Positions 17,870 through 27,489 of a stretch of 64,000 bases of DNA are shown here, piece after piece. The stretch is from an uncultured Caldisericota bacterium (GTDB lineage: Bacteria; Caldisericota; Caldisericia; B22-G15), in contig CAZXJJ010000002.1 of the NCBI GenBank assembly GCA_964640995.1, forward strand, positions 146,728-210,727, read 5' to 3'. How positions within the stretch are numbered: the first letter of the stretch is position 1; the number at the start of each line of letters is the position of its first letter. A model generated the notes under the pieces. The model did no database searches. It saw only the letters and a program-made list of their open reading frames with translations, and was not told where the DNA came from. The position numbers were made by a program, and so were the translations under genes.

Positions 17870-18883
17870 AACATAAATAAAAATTGGTGCTCCAATTAGA
17901 GAAGTCAAAATTCCTATAGGAATCTCTGATGAAGTTAAAGTTCTCGATATGTTATCTATTAATAAAAGATAAAATGAACCAAAAAGAATAGTAAAAGGTA
18001 CAAGTTTTCTGAAATCTGATCCAAGTATAAATCTACCAATATGAGGGACAGCAAGACCCACCCATCCAATTATTCCAGAGATTGAAACAGATGTTGCTGT
18101 CAATATTGTTGTTAAAACAATTATTAAACCTTTAAGTAGTTTTGGATTCTCACCTAGAGAAATTGCTTCTTCATCTCCAAGAGAAATTATATTTAATTTC
18201 CATCTTAGTAAAAAAAGAAAAATAATTCCTATTATAAAAATTGGGAATGTTAAAAAAAGTTCACTTTTAGAAATTGAATTAAAAGAACCCATAAGCCAAA
18301 AAACAATAGTTGGTAATTTTTGCATTGGATCAAGATAATATTTAACAAGAGAGAGAAGTGAAGAAAAAATATTACCAACAATAAAACCTGATAAGACTAA
18401 ATTAATATTAGAATTACTTCTTAAACTTCCACTTATAAAATATGTTAATAATACAGATAAAATACCAAAAATGAAAGATAGAATTTCAATATAGAAAAAA
18501 TTTTTACCAATTAAAACTCCTAATGCTGCACCAAATCCTGCTCCTCCTGAAATTCCGAGAATAAAAGGAGAAACAAGAGGGTTATTAAAAATTCCTTGAA
18601 GGGACAATCCACTAATTGAAAGAGAGGAGCCAACTAACATTGAAATTAAAATTCTTGGTAATCTCACATCAAACACAATCAATTTAATGTTAGGGTCTAA
18701 ATTATAATTTTTTTTAGTGAGAAAGGAGAGAAAAAATTTAATAATATCTTCTATCTTTAATGAATATCTTCCAATTGAAATTGAAAATAAAAATAAAAAA
18801 AGATTTAAAAAAATCAAAATAATAATTGTTAATAAAAATATGTTTCTAAATTTTTTCTTTTGGTATGATAAATTTTTTTCCAT
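17852..18883 (-). CDS. FecCD-family ABC transporter permease (iron-siderophore/cobalamin type)
   Basis: 343 aa, about 9 TM segments, FecCD/BtuC-like glycine-rich region (GGAGFGAALGVLIG). Confidence 0.75.
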   Translation of the reverse strand: MEKNLSYQKKKFRNIFLLTIIILIFLNLFLFLFSISIGRYSLKIEDIIKFFLSFLTKKNYNLDPNIKLIVFDVRLPRILISMLVGSSLSISGLSLQGIFNNPLVSPFILGISGGAGFGAALGVLIGKNFFYIEILSFIFGILSVLLTYFISGSLRSNSNINLVLSGFIVGNIFSSLLSLVKYYLDPMQKLPTIVFWLMGSFNSISKSELFLTFPIFIIGIIFLFLLRWKLNIISLGDEEAISLGENPKLLKGLIIVLTTILTATSVSISGIIGWVGLAVPHIGRFILGSDFRKLVPFTILFGSFYLLLIDNISRTLTSSEIPIGILTSLIGAPIFIYVLRRRK

Positions 18884-19622
18884 CTACATATATTACATCA
18901 ACATCTATTGAATAAACCTTTTTTATATTATCTTTATTTAAAACAATTTCAGGAGTACCAAAAGAAATGATCTTGTTTTTATTTATTAGCAATATTTTAT
19001 CAGAAAGGTTAATTGCTTCATTTGGATCATGCATTGTTATTATAACTGTTAAATTTCTTTTTTCTTTTAAATCTTTTATTTTTTCAAGAACAAAAATTTT
19101 ATTTCTAAAATCAAGAAATGCTGTAGGTTCATCAAGAAGTAATACATCTGTTTCTTGTGCTATTGCTCTTGCAATGAGAACAAGTCGAAGTTCTCCACCA
19201 CTCAAATCTGTGTAGGGTCTATCTTTTAAGTGAATTATGCCCAAATCCTTAAGAGATTTCTCAACAACTTCTTTGTCTTCTTCTTTTGGAATTGAGTAAT
19301 TTTCAATGTATGGATTTCTTCCCATCAAAACAAAATCAAAAACTGAAAATGGAAAATTAGGTTTATGAATTTGTGGCACATAAGAAATCTCTTTGCTTAA
19401 TTCTTTATAAGAATATTCATTTAAATTTTTTCCTGAAATTATTATATTTCCACCTTTTGGTATTAATATTTTTTGAATGAGTTTAAGAAGAGTGGTTTTA
19501 CCAGATCCATTTGGACCAAGAATTGTTAAAATTTCTCCACTTTCAATTTCAATAGAAAAATTTTTAAAAATCTCTGAATCATAATATCCAAAATTTAAAT
19601 CTTTAATAACTATCTTTCTCAT
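18846..19622 (-). CDS. ABC transporter ATP-binding protein (FecE/BtuD type)
   Basis: Walker A GPNGSGKTT, signature LSGGELRL, Walker B LLLDEPT; 258 aa. Confidence 0.85.
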   Translation of the reverse strand: MRKIVIKDLNFGYYDSEIFKNFSIEIESGEILTILGPNGSGKTTLLKLIQKILIPKGGNIIISGKNLNEYSYKELSKEISYVPQIHKPNFPFSVFDFVLMGRNPYIENYSIPKEEDKEVVEKSLKDLGIIHLKDRPYTDLSGGELRLVLIARAIAQETDVLLLDEPTAFLDFRNKIFVLEKIKDLKEKRNLTVIITMHDPNEAINLSDKILLINKNKIISFGTPEIVLNKDNIKKVYSIDVDVIYVDGKKFIIPKEKI

Positions 19623-19624
19623 AA

Positions 19625-21040
19625 TTAATTATTTAATATCTCCTCAATCTCTTTTTGATTTATATTATAATCGAAAATATTTTTATAAAAATCTTTAATT
19701 TCTTTTTCTATATTTATTTTTAAAATATCTCCATTAATTTTCTCTGCAAGCCAAATAATTCCCAAGATTGATTCAACAGAAGGAAGATCATATGAAAGTA
19801 TAAATGAAGGGAATTTATAAACCTTTTTTTCCTTAATTGCCTTAATTTCTTGAAGTTCTTTTTTATTTAAGATATCTTCTTTTGTTCCGAGAAAATATGA
19901 TGGGTAAAAAATAAATTCAGGATTAAATTTTAAAAGATCTTCAATAGAAATTTCAATTTTACCACCTTTTATATTTTTTGTTACACTCTCACCACCTGCT
20001 ATATCAACCATAAATGTTTGATAAAAATCGCTTCCAAAAGATTTTAAAATTGTTTCACCAATGATATAAACTTTTTTCTTCGTTACTCCTTTCATTGATT
20101 TTTCAATATAATCTTTCATTGTTTGATAATAACTTATAATTTTCTTTGCCTCATCTATTTTATTTAAAGCTTCACCAAGAATTTCAATCGATTTAAGGAG
20201 ATTTTCTGGGGTTTCATGATTTAATAAAAGAACAGGTAAATTAACCTCTTCAATTTTCTTTATATTTGTATAATGTGGAGTTATTATTATATCAGTTTTA
20301 AGTGAAATTAATGTTTCAACATTAAAATCTTTAAAACTTCCTATTTCAGGTAATTTATCATATTGAGGATAAATTTTTTTGATATTTTCAAAATGAACAA
20401 CTTTCTCTCCAGTGACTCTTCCAACAAGTTTATCGTGTTCTTTAAGTGAAAAAAGAATAATTGTTGACATTGGATAAAGAGAGACAATTCTATATATTTT
20501 TTTTGGGATAATTACTTTTCTACCATTTGAGTCAATTATTTCTTTAGTATCTCTATCTATTTTTATTATTATTGAACTATCCTTAGAATTATACTCTACT
20601 GTTCCTCCTAAATTTTCTATTATAAATCTTAAAGGTATATATGTCCTTGAATATAATACAAAAGGTTTAATTTTTTCATCATTGTCAATTTTTTTAACTT
20701 TTCCATTTACATAAGCACTATTTTTATCAATTGTTAAAACAATTAAATTATTTTTAAATCTTATTTCAATTTCTTTTGTTTTTTGTTTCCAAATAACTTC
20801 ACCCCCTATACTTTCAACAATTGATCTTAAAGGAACAAATGTTCTTCCAAATTTCACTATTGGTTTAATACTCTTATTTGAATCAAAATAGAGTTTATAA
20901 CCATTGATATAAAAATAGTTTTCATTTAACTTAAAAATTATTTCTGCTGGAAATCTTATTTCTTGTGTTGAAATTTTATTAATCGGTATTAATGAAAAGA
21001 CAATAAATAAAACTAATAGAATAGATAATATTTTTTTCAT
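19625..21040 (-). CDS. periplasmic binding protein (Fe/B12 class) with two N-terminal copper-amine-oxidase N-terminal-like domains
   Basis: Signal peptide; two repeats of the CuAO_N-like motif (RTFVPLRSIVESIGGEV, RTYIPLRFIIENLGGTV); C-terminal class III binding-protein region (RIVSLYPMSTIILFSL...). Confidence 0.65.
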   Translation of the reverse strand: MKKILSILLVLFIVFSLIPINKISTQEIRFPAEIIFKLNENYFYINGYKLYFDSNKSIKPIVKFGRTFVPLRSIVESIGGEVIWKQKTKEIEIRFKNNLIVLTIDKNSAYVNGKVKKIDNDEKIKPFVLYSRTYIPLRFIIENLGGTVEYNSKDSSIIIKIDRDTKEIIDSNGRKVIIPKKIYRIVSLYPMSTIILFSLKEHDKLVGRVTGEKVVHFENIKKIYPQYDKLPEIGSFKDFNVETLISLKTDIIITPHYTNIKKIEEVNLPVLLLNHETPENLLKSIEILGEALNKIDEAKKIISYYQTMKDYIEKSMKGVTKKKVYIIGETILKSFGSDFYQTFMVDIAGGESVTKNIKGGKIEISIEDLLKFNPEFIFYPSYFLGTKEDILNKKELQEIKAIKEKKVYKFPSFILSYDLPSVESILGIIWLAEKINGDILKINIEKEIKDFYKNIFDYNINQKEIEEILNN

Positions 21041-21762
21041 AATGGCCTCCTTTTAATAGTTACAAAATCAACTAGATTCTTTAAATTTTGAATGCTTCCA
21101 CCTTGTGAAATTACATTAAAAATTTTAACATTATCTTTTGGAATAATTCCTCCTAATATATCAACTCCATAATCAAATAAAACTTCAGATAAAGGAGTTG
21201 ATGGACCAAAGATAATTATGTATTTTCCCTTTGCAAGTTCTAAAATTCTTTTAATTGATTTATTAACAAAAGTGGAACCTGTTATTGCTATTATATCTCC
21301 TTTTGGAATTAAATATTCTTGGAAAGTGTCAAGATAATCATCTTCTCTTGGTTTTCTTTCAATAATAATTATTTCTTTTGCAACGCCTTCGAGTTTTTTT
21401 ATATCTTCAAAGTGTCCTATAAAAACTATTCTTTTATCTTTACCTTTTTCGACTAAATAATCAATAATATTTATAATTTCATACTCTTTTGGAACTTCTA
21501 TTAAAGAGTTTAAAGTTGCTAAACCTAAACCAATTTTTAAGGTATCGTAAGTTCTAAGATAATTTAAAATCTCTTCTGCATATTTTCCCTCAAAATTCCC
21601 TGCATCTTCAATTCCTGATTGATGTTTATTATTATCATAGGTCATGGATATTCCAACTTTTTCTGTTAAAACTGCAATCCATCTTACACCTACACAAAGA
21701 TTATTTATTTTTGTATCGAATTTTTCTTTGATTGATGTAATTAAATCTTCATAAAGATCCAC
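21037..21762 (-). CDS. DUF364/DUF4213-like Rossmann-fold protein (putative metal-chelation domain)
   Basis: 241 aa; architecture and motifs (IVFIGHF, GSTFVN, IIFGPSTP) resemble the DUF364 family often linked to metal/cobamide transporters; family assignment from memory. Confidence 0.4.
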   Translation of the reverse strand: MDLYEDLITSIKEKFDTKINNLCVGVRWIAVLTEKVGISMTYDNNKHQSGIEDAGNFEGKYAEEILNYLRTYDTLKIGLGLATLNSLIEVPKEYEIINIIDYLVEKGKDKRIVFIGHFEDIKKLEGVAKEIIIIERKPREDDYLDTFQEYLIPKGDIIAITGSTFVNKSIKRILELAKGKYIIIFGPSTPLSEVLFDYGVDILGGIIPKDNVKIFNVISQGGSIQNLKNLVDFVTIKRRPL

Positions 21763-22255
21763 AACATACCTCCGATAAAATCTTTTCTATTATTTCCTCT
21801 CTATTTTCATTATTAATCTTATAAACATAACCAAGTTTAGTTATTAACTCTAAAAATTGGGTCTTCCTATTTTTAATAACAACAAAGCACCATTTGTTTG
21901 AATTTAAAATTTCAATTACTTTATTTTTAAATTTTTTAGATTCATCCTCTAAAAAACCGAGTTCATCCATAACAATTAAATCAGTATATTTATAAGCATT
22001 CTCAAGTGCTCTTACCCCTAAATCTTCAAAGGTGTTTGAAAAAATTAATAGATTACCATCAATATTATGCATTGCAACGATCTCTTCTTCATTTGTTAAT
22101 AAATCTTTTAATTTAAAACCAATTCTAATTTCATTTATATAAAATGGATATGTTATAAAACCACCATATTTTAAATTTAGTTTGCCTAAAATAGTATTTA
22201 AAACAAAACTTTTTCCAGATTTAATTTCTCCTTCAATTATAATATTCTTATTCAT
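21749..22255 (-). CDS. P-loop NTPase (THEP1/CobU-like)
   Basis: 168 aa; Walker A GEIKSGKS, Walker B LIVMDELG. Confidence 0.5.
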   Translation of the reverse strand: MNKNIIIEGEIKSGKSFVLNTILGKLNLKYGGFITYPFYINEIRIGFKLKDLLTNEEEIVAMHNIDGNLLIFSNTFEDLGVRALENAYKYTDLIVMDELGFLEDESKKFKNKVIEILNSNKWCFVVIKNRKTQFLELITKLGYVYKINNENREEIIEKILSEVCCGSL

Positions 22256-22324
22256 AGCAAAAATCTTACTATAATTATGTACATTTTTTTGCTAAATGTC
22301 AAGAATGATAGTAAAAATTTAAAT

Positions 22325-23427
22325 TTATTTTTCCATAGATATAGTTACTTTTTTAGTTTGTGCCTCCCAAAAAACTTCAGCACCAAATGTTTCAGCAATA
22401 ATTCTTATTGGCACAAAAGTTCTACCCTTTGTTATTTCTGCTTCAGCATCAAGAGTAATTTTTTGGTTATCAATGAGTGCTTCTTTTTTACCAATAAACA
22501 AAGTTATTTTATTATTTTTGTAGAAAATATAAACTTCTTGAACTTTTCCTAACTTCGGATAATAATCTACAGTAGCTCCTAAACCTTCTGATATAAATCT
22601 TAAAGGCACCATTGTTCTTCCAGGTGGCTTTATATGCGGTTCTGCATCAAGAATGTATAGATTTTTATTAATATAGACTTCAACTTTTCCAATAAAGAGT
22701 TCAATTATAGTTTGTTTAACTTTTGGTATAACATTTACTATAACTTTGATCTCTTTTTCTCCAAAATTTCCAATTATTTTTATTTTTCCTTCATTAATTC
22801 CACCTTTAAGACCTGTTGTATTTATATTAATATTTATAAGTCCTGCATTTCCTTCAAATGATTTTGGTTCAACTGAAATCCATGAATTAAGCGAATTAAA
22901 AGAGGCTGAAATTATTCCTCTTCCGGAATTCCAGAAATTAATACTTTTGCTTTGAGAATCACCTTCAAGTATTGAACCAAAATCAAGTAAATCTTTTTCT
23001 AAAGAAATCTAGGCATAGTCTCTTCCTCAGTCATTTTAAATGTATGTTCTTTAACAAAAGGATTATCATTTAATACAGATCTCCAGAGTTCATCTTCAGT
23101 TATAATTAATGGTTTTTCATTTGACCCTTTAAGATGAATTATCATTATCTCATCACCATTTGGTACAAGATAGATATAAAATAGTTCCTTATTTTTTGCA
23201 GCTCTTTCATAAGAAAAATTTACTACTCCATCAAAAGAAAGAACCTCAACCAAAAGGGTTGCCTCTTTTAACTCATTACCATTAGAATCAGCCAAATTGA
23301 CCAGAATACTTGCTTGAGGAATTAATGGTTGATTCGGCCTCTCCTCAATCTTACTTATTATTCCTACATTTTTATATTCATATTCACATCTATATGTAAT
23401 TCCTATTTTCCTATTTTTTCGCCTGAA
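22325..23427 (-). pseudogene. frameshifted or non-canonically initiated ORFs encoding a C-terminal copper-amine-oxidase N-terminal-like domain
   Basis: Frame B is open 23008..22325 but has no ATG/GTG/TTG before Met at 22612; frame A is open 23427..22999 and overlaps B by 7 nt at A/T runs. The C-terminal 95 aa carry CuAO_N-like motifs (MVPLRFISEGLGATV, RTFVPIRIIAETFGAEV). Confidence 0.4.
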
Positions 23428-26192
23428 TCATGAACTCCATTGAAATTTTTATCCTGGAAGAAACCATGATTTATAAAAATTTTATCTATTTTATCTCTTG
23501 TAGATGTATCTATATATTTTCCTCTTAGTGCCTCATAAAGTTCTTTTATATTTTTAATCTTTTTGTCTTTTAATAAGCAAAATAAATCTTGCCATTTTGG
23601 AAATGAAAAATCATCATCATCTTTTTTATTAATTTCTTCATACCATTCATCACTATCAAGTAAATCAAGTAATAATCCTACTGTTCCAAATTCTTCATCT
23701 GATTCAGATACCCTTACTGGGTATTGTTCAATTTTTGGAGGAGAAATATTTGTATTTATTTTTTCATACATAAGTTTTCCATTAACACATTTAATATGGT
23801 TTCTATTAACTTTTTCATAAAGACCAGTTGAAGGGTTCTTATATTCATAAACAGCAGTATCAGATCTAAATTTTTCATTTTCAAGATCATTTTCTTCATT
23901 TTCCCATCTATAGGTTCCATTTCTTTGATTTAATAAATTAGAACAACATGTGCCTTTTAATTTTAAAATTCTTAAAATAATAATTGAAGTTGATTCAGCA
24001 AATCCTTCCATCAGTGAATCGCCAGTTGTGTCATTCATAATACCTCCGTGATTTTTTCTTTTGTTTCTCCCTGTCTCTTCATAAGTTGCTGTTCCAACAA
24101 GAGAGTGATGAAGAAAATGTCCAAATTCATGCCACTCTCTGTTCATTGGTCTATCATTAGAAGTTAAATTGCTGTCAGATGTTTTTATGTTAATTTTTCT
24201 TTCAGTATATCTGTAAAAAGTTCTATCTTCATTACTATAAGCACAAACATTTATTGGTAGCATAGATTTTTCTATCATATCATTACCATTACATCTTTCA
24301 TTTCTAAAGATGCTAAAGGCTTCATCCATATGACAGAAAATTTGAGCAACTGCTCTTGGATCATATCCATTATCCATAAAATCTTTTGGAAAAGTAATGT
24401 CAGTATCTTTACCTATAATTATTTCTCTATTTAATTCCTTTAAAGGGCAAGGTTTATTTTCATTTTTTATATTTACTTTCAAAAAGAAAATTTTCTTGCA
24501 ATCACTATAAGACACTTTAAATTCTTTTGTTTCAAAAAGAACCACAATTACATAATCAAACTTACAATCATTATCATTAAAAGAAAATTTAAATTTTCCT
24601 TCAGAATCAGTAAAGGTTTCCAGGTAATATTTTTTATGTGGAAGATTTGAATCAAAAGAATCATCAAGAGTATAACCTGGTTGTTCTGATGAAATCTTAT
24701 CTTTGAAATAACCTTCTTTTAATTTAAAATCTTTATCAACACTACATTTTGGTTCATAGTTTAAAAACAAAAGAACTTTTGCTCCTTTTAAAACACATTC
24801 TTTATTCTCAATATTTATAAATTTTAAAATCCCATAAATTTCTCTTGTTGTAGGACATACAGAAATTTTTAATTCTTTGATTATCTCTTTAATACAAGGT
24901 GGAGAAGGTGAGATTTGAAATTTAATGTCATATCTTAAATAGAAAGGTGCTTTATTTGGATTATCTTTTATTTCAAAAGTAATAATAATTTCTCTTTCTT
25001 CATTTACAGGTAAATTAAAATTTTCGGGATAAATTTTAATTTCGTATTTTTGTTCATCTTTAGCATCTTTGTCTTTTAATTCAATAATTACCTTAACACT
25101 TATTTTAATATTACCAATGTTTTTTGCTAATATTTTTATACTTTTAGTATTTTCTTTTTCGATATACTCTCCTCCATATTTTATATCAGTGCATGTAGGA
25201 CAAAAAATTATCTCTTCAGGATCAGATATGAATATGTTACATTCAGGTTTTATTATTTCAATAGGATAAATCCATTCACCATCATAATAACCTGTTAAAT
25301 TGATATAATCACCCTTTTTAAATTTACCAAGATCTTCATCTCTAAGTATAACTTTATATCTTTTATTATCCTCTCCATATATTCTCATATTTTTCTCTTT
25401 TTCATTTATTTCCTCAACAATACCTGAAATGGATAATTTTTGTGAAGATTTAGCAATTATTCTTATGCTTCTACTTCCTATCGCACCGTAATAAGTTGAA
25501 TACTTTGTATTAAAATTTATTTCTATTATCTCTTCTCCAGAAATAAAATTCTGAGTTTTAACTTTTATAGAAATAATTTTTATCTCATAAGGAAAAAGTG
25601 TAATATTTTTAGTAAAAATAACACCTATAATTCTTCCCTCAAAATATTCTTTTGAAGAAAAAAGAGTTAAATAACTTTCGCAGGATCCATTCTTTATTTC
25701 AAAGTTTATTGTTTTTTCGCTAAAAGGTAATATTGTTATAGTTATTTCTTTTGGAAGAATATCAAATTCTGGAAATAAAACTTTTAATTTTACTGTTAAA
25801 GTTTTTTCTGATGGAGGTACTGGTGGATTTGGTGGAGTTACTATCCACTCAAATTTTACTTTTATATACCCAACATAATCTTGTGGAATTAAATTTTTAG
25901 ACGAAATAATTACATCTATGGTGATACTTTGAGAAGGACCCACAGTATAAGGGCCAGGAGATTTTATTAAAATCCAACTTTCTAAAGTTGAAAAAGTTAC
26001 ATAAGCACTTAAAGTTTGCGAAAGATTTGTTGCTGTTACTTTGACTGTAGTTTCTTTATCAGGGCATAATGTTATTTCTATAATATCTCCATTTTCAAAT
26101 CTAACATTTCTTTGATCGGTTGTTGATTGAACAATTTGAATATTTATTAAACTTATAGATATTATAAATAAAATTATAATAAATCTTTTTAT
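23403..26192 (-). CDS. large secreted protein with HExxH zinc-metallopeptidase-like motif
   Basis: Frame open from the TGA at 26199-26201 down to 23403 (929 codons). No canonical start until GTG at 25943, yet the upstream in-frame sequence after a GGAGG RBS encodes a signal-peptide-like KRFIIILFIISISLINIQIVQS. Candidate start is ATA at 26190-26192. C-terminal region has REWHEFGHFLHH and a downstream MEGFAE. Confidence 0.5.
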   Translation of the reverse strand: MKRFIIILFIISISLINIQIVQSTTDQRNVRFENGDIIEITLCPDKETTVKVTATNLSQTLSAYVTFSTLESWILIKSPGPYTVGPSQSITIDVIISSKNLIPQDYVGYIKVKFEWIVTPPNPPVPPSEKTLTVKLKVLFPEFDILPKEITITILPFSEKTINFEIKNGSCESYLTLFSSKEYFEGRIIGVIFTKNITLFPYEIKIISIKVKTQNFISGEEIIEINFNTKYSTYYGAIGSRSIRIIAKSSQKLSISGIVEEINEKEKNMRIYGEDNKRYKVILRDEDLGKFKKGDYINLTGYYDGEWIYPIEIIKPECNIFISDPEEIIFCPTCTDIKYGGEYIEKENTKSIKILAKNIGNIKISVKVIIELKDKDAKDEQKYEIKIYPENFNLPVNEEREIIITFEIKDNPNKAPFYLRYDIKFQISPSPPCIKEIIKELKISVCPTTREIYGILKFINIENKECVLKGAKVLLFLNYEPKCSVDKDFKLKEGYFKDKISSEQPGYTLDDSFDSNLPHKKYYLETFTDSEGKFKFSFNDNDCKFDYVIVVLFETKEFKVSYSDCKKIFFLKVNIKNENKPCPLKELNREIIIGKDTDITFPKDFMDNGYDPRAVAQIFCHMDEAFSIFRNERCNGNDMIEKSMLPINVCAYSNEDRTFYRYTERKINIKTSDSNLTSNDRPMNREWHEFGHFLHHSLVGTATYEETGRNKRKNHGGIMNDTTGDSLMEGFAESTSIIILRILKLKGTCCSNLLNQRNGTYRWENEENDLENEKFRSDTAVYEYKNPSTGLYEKVNRNHIKCVNGKLMYEKINTNISPPKIEQYPVRVSESDEEFGTVGLLLDLLDSDEWYEEINKKDDDDFSFPKWQDLFCLLKDKKIKNIKELYEALRGKYIDTSTRDKIDKIFINHGFFQDKNFNGVHDSGEKIGK

Positions 26193-26273
26193 CCCTCCTC
26201 ACCTCCGTGGAAATAATATTAATAATTATTTACAATTTAATTATATAATAAAATTTGTATAAGGAGGAATTTT

Positions 26274-27245
26274 ATGAAAAGATTTTTTATTTTCACAACA
26301 ACTTTAATAATTTCATTATTGATTGTCGTTTCGCCTGTTTTTGGTTGGTCAAGTCATGGTAAAATGACTTACTATGTTACAAATGATGTTGAATGGTTGA
26401 ATAAATTTAATAATATTACAATTACAGAATATTCATATAGTGATATTGATACAGAGCCATATAACCCGGATTTTAAAATTGTTTATAAGGAAGGAAATAT
26501 TGGAGAAAAAACAACTGCTCTTGAAATTCTATCAATTTATGCTGATGAACCTGACTGGGATATGGATCGCAATTTAAAACTTTCTCCTTTTCAAAAAATA
26601 ACAGGTGGCTCTTCTGGGTGGAGACATCAATATTTTATAACTTTATTTGGAATTGTAAGATTAGGAAAAGCACCAGATAGAGCACAATATTTTTATAATT
26701 TAGCACTTAAAGCATTTGATAGAGGTGATTTTTATTGGGGTTTCAGATTTTTTGCTCGCTCACTTCACTATCTTGAAGATTTAACACAACCACTTCATTC
26801 TTTTCCTCTTCCTTACTCAATTGTTTTAAAAAATATTTTTGATTTGAATGGACTTATTAAAATTGGAGAGAATCACCATTATGCATTAGAAGATTATCAA
26901 GAGGTTCAAGTTGATATTTTAAGAAAAGTTTATCTTGAAGCACTTTATACAGATGAAACTTTTGATGTCAGAACAATTAGAAGATTAGGAGTTTTAAATG
27001 CTTTTAGAGCAAGAAAAGATAGTGGCAAAATTTTTAGAATTCAAGAAAAGTTTTATGGAAAAGAGATAAATAATAAAAATGGCTTTTCTATTAATAAAGA
27101 TGAATACAGAGTACTTATTAATAATGAATACCAAGATGAATATGATGAAGTAATTAAAAAACATTTAACAAATTTTGCAAAAACAGTTAACACTGCTCTT
27201 AAACTTCTTCAAAATGATTTATCTAAAATGGGTGTTTTAGACTAA
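26274..27245 (+). CDS. secreted zinc-dependent S1/P1-nuclease / phospholipase-C superfamily protein
   Basis: Signal peptide, predicted mature N-terminus WSSHGK (Trp1/His metal ligands); LHYLEDLTQPLHSF resembles the S1/P1 H-x-x-D-x-x-QPLH motif; HHYALEDY; 323 aa. Confidence 0.55.
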   Translation: MKRFFIFTTTLIISLLIVVSPVFGWSSHGKMTYYVTNDVEWLNKFNNITITEYSYSDIDTEPYNPDFKIVYKEGNIGEKTTALEILSIYADEPDWDMDRNLKLSPFQKITGGSSGWRHQYFITLFGIVRLGKAPDRAQYFYNLALKAFDRGDFYWGFRFFARSLHYLEDLTQPLHSFPLPYSIVLKNIFDLNGLIKIGENHHYALEDYQEVQVDILRKVYLEALYTDETFDVRTIRRLGVLNAFRARKDSGKIFRIQEKFYGKEINNKNGFSINKDEYRVLINNEYQDEYDEVIKKHLTNFAKTVNTALKLLQNDLSKMGVLD

Positions 27246-27304
27246 TTTTTTAACTAATGCATTAACTTTACATTTAAATTAAATTAATTTATAATTTTAG
27301 TTGC

Positions 27305-27398
27305 GGAGAGATGGCCGAGTGGCTGAAGGCACCTGCCTGCTAAGCAGGTGACGGGGTGAAAACTCCGTTCGCGGGTTCGAATCCCGCTCTCTCCGCCA
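27305..27398 (+). tRNA. tRNA-Ser (anticodon GCU)
   Basis: GGAGAGA acceptor pairing with TCTCTCC, discriminator G, CCA encoded; anticodon loop CTGCTAA; long variable arm; T-loop GGTTCGAATCC. Confidence 0.9.
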
Positions 27399-27407
27399 CT
27401 TTATTTT

Positions 27408-27484
27408 GCGCCCATAGCTCAATTGGATAGAGCGGCGGACTACGGATCCGCAGGTTGTGGGTTCAACTCCCGCTGGGCGCGCCA
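27408..27484 (+). tRNA. tRNA-Arg (anticodon ACG)
   Basis: GCGCCCA/TGGGCGC acceptor, D-loop AATTGGAT, anticodon loop CTACGGA, T-loop TTCAACT, CCA encoded. Confidence 0.9.
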
Positions 27485-27489
27485 TTCTG

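Noticed and set aside
22256-22324. Possible cobalamin riboswitch upstream of the Fe/B12-type ABC operon
   Set aside because: The leader is only ~70 nt and AT-rich, with no conserved B12-box-like GC-rich core; too short for a cobalamin riboswitch.
27297-27485. 62-aa minus-strand ORF
   Set aside because: Spans the tRNA-Ser and tRNA-Arg genes antisense; no RBS; spurious.
27457-27489. Upstream in-frame extension of uvrA
   Set aside because: Would overlap the 3' end of tRNA-Arg; the conserved UvrA N-terminus begins at ATG 27490.
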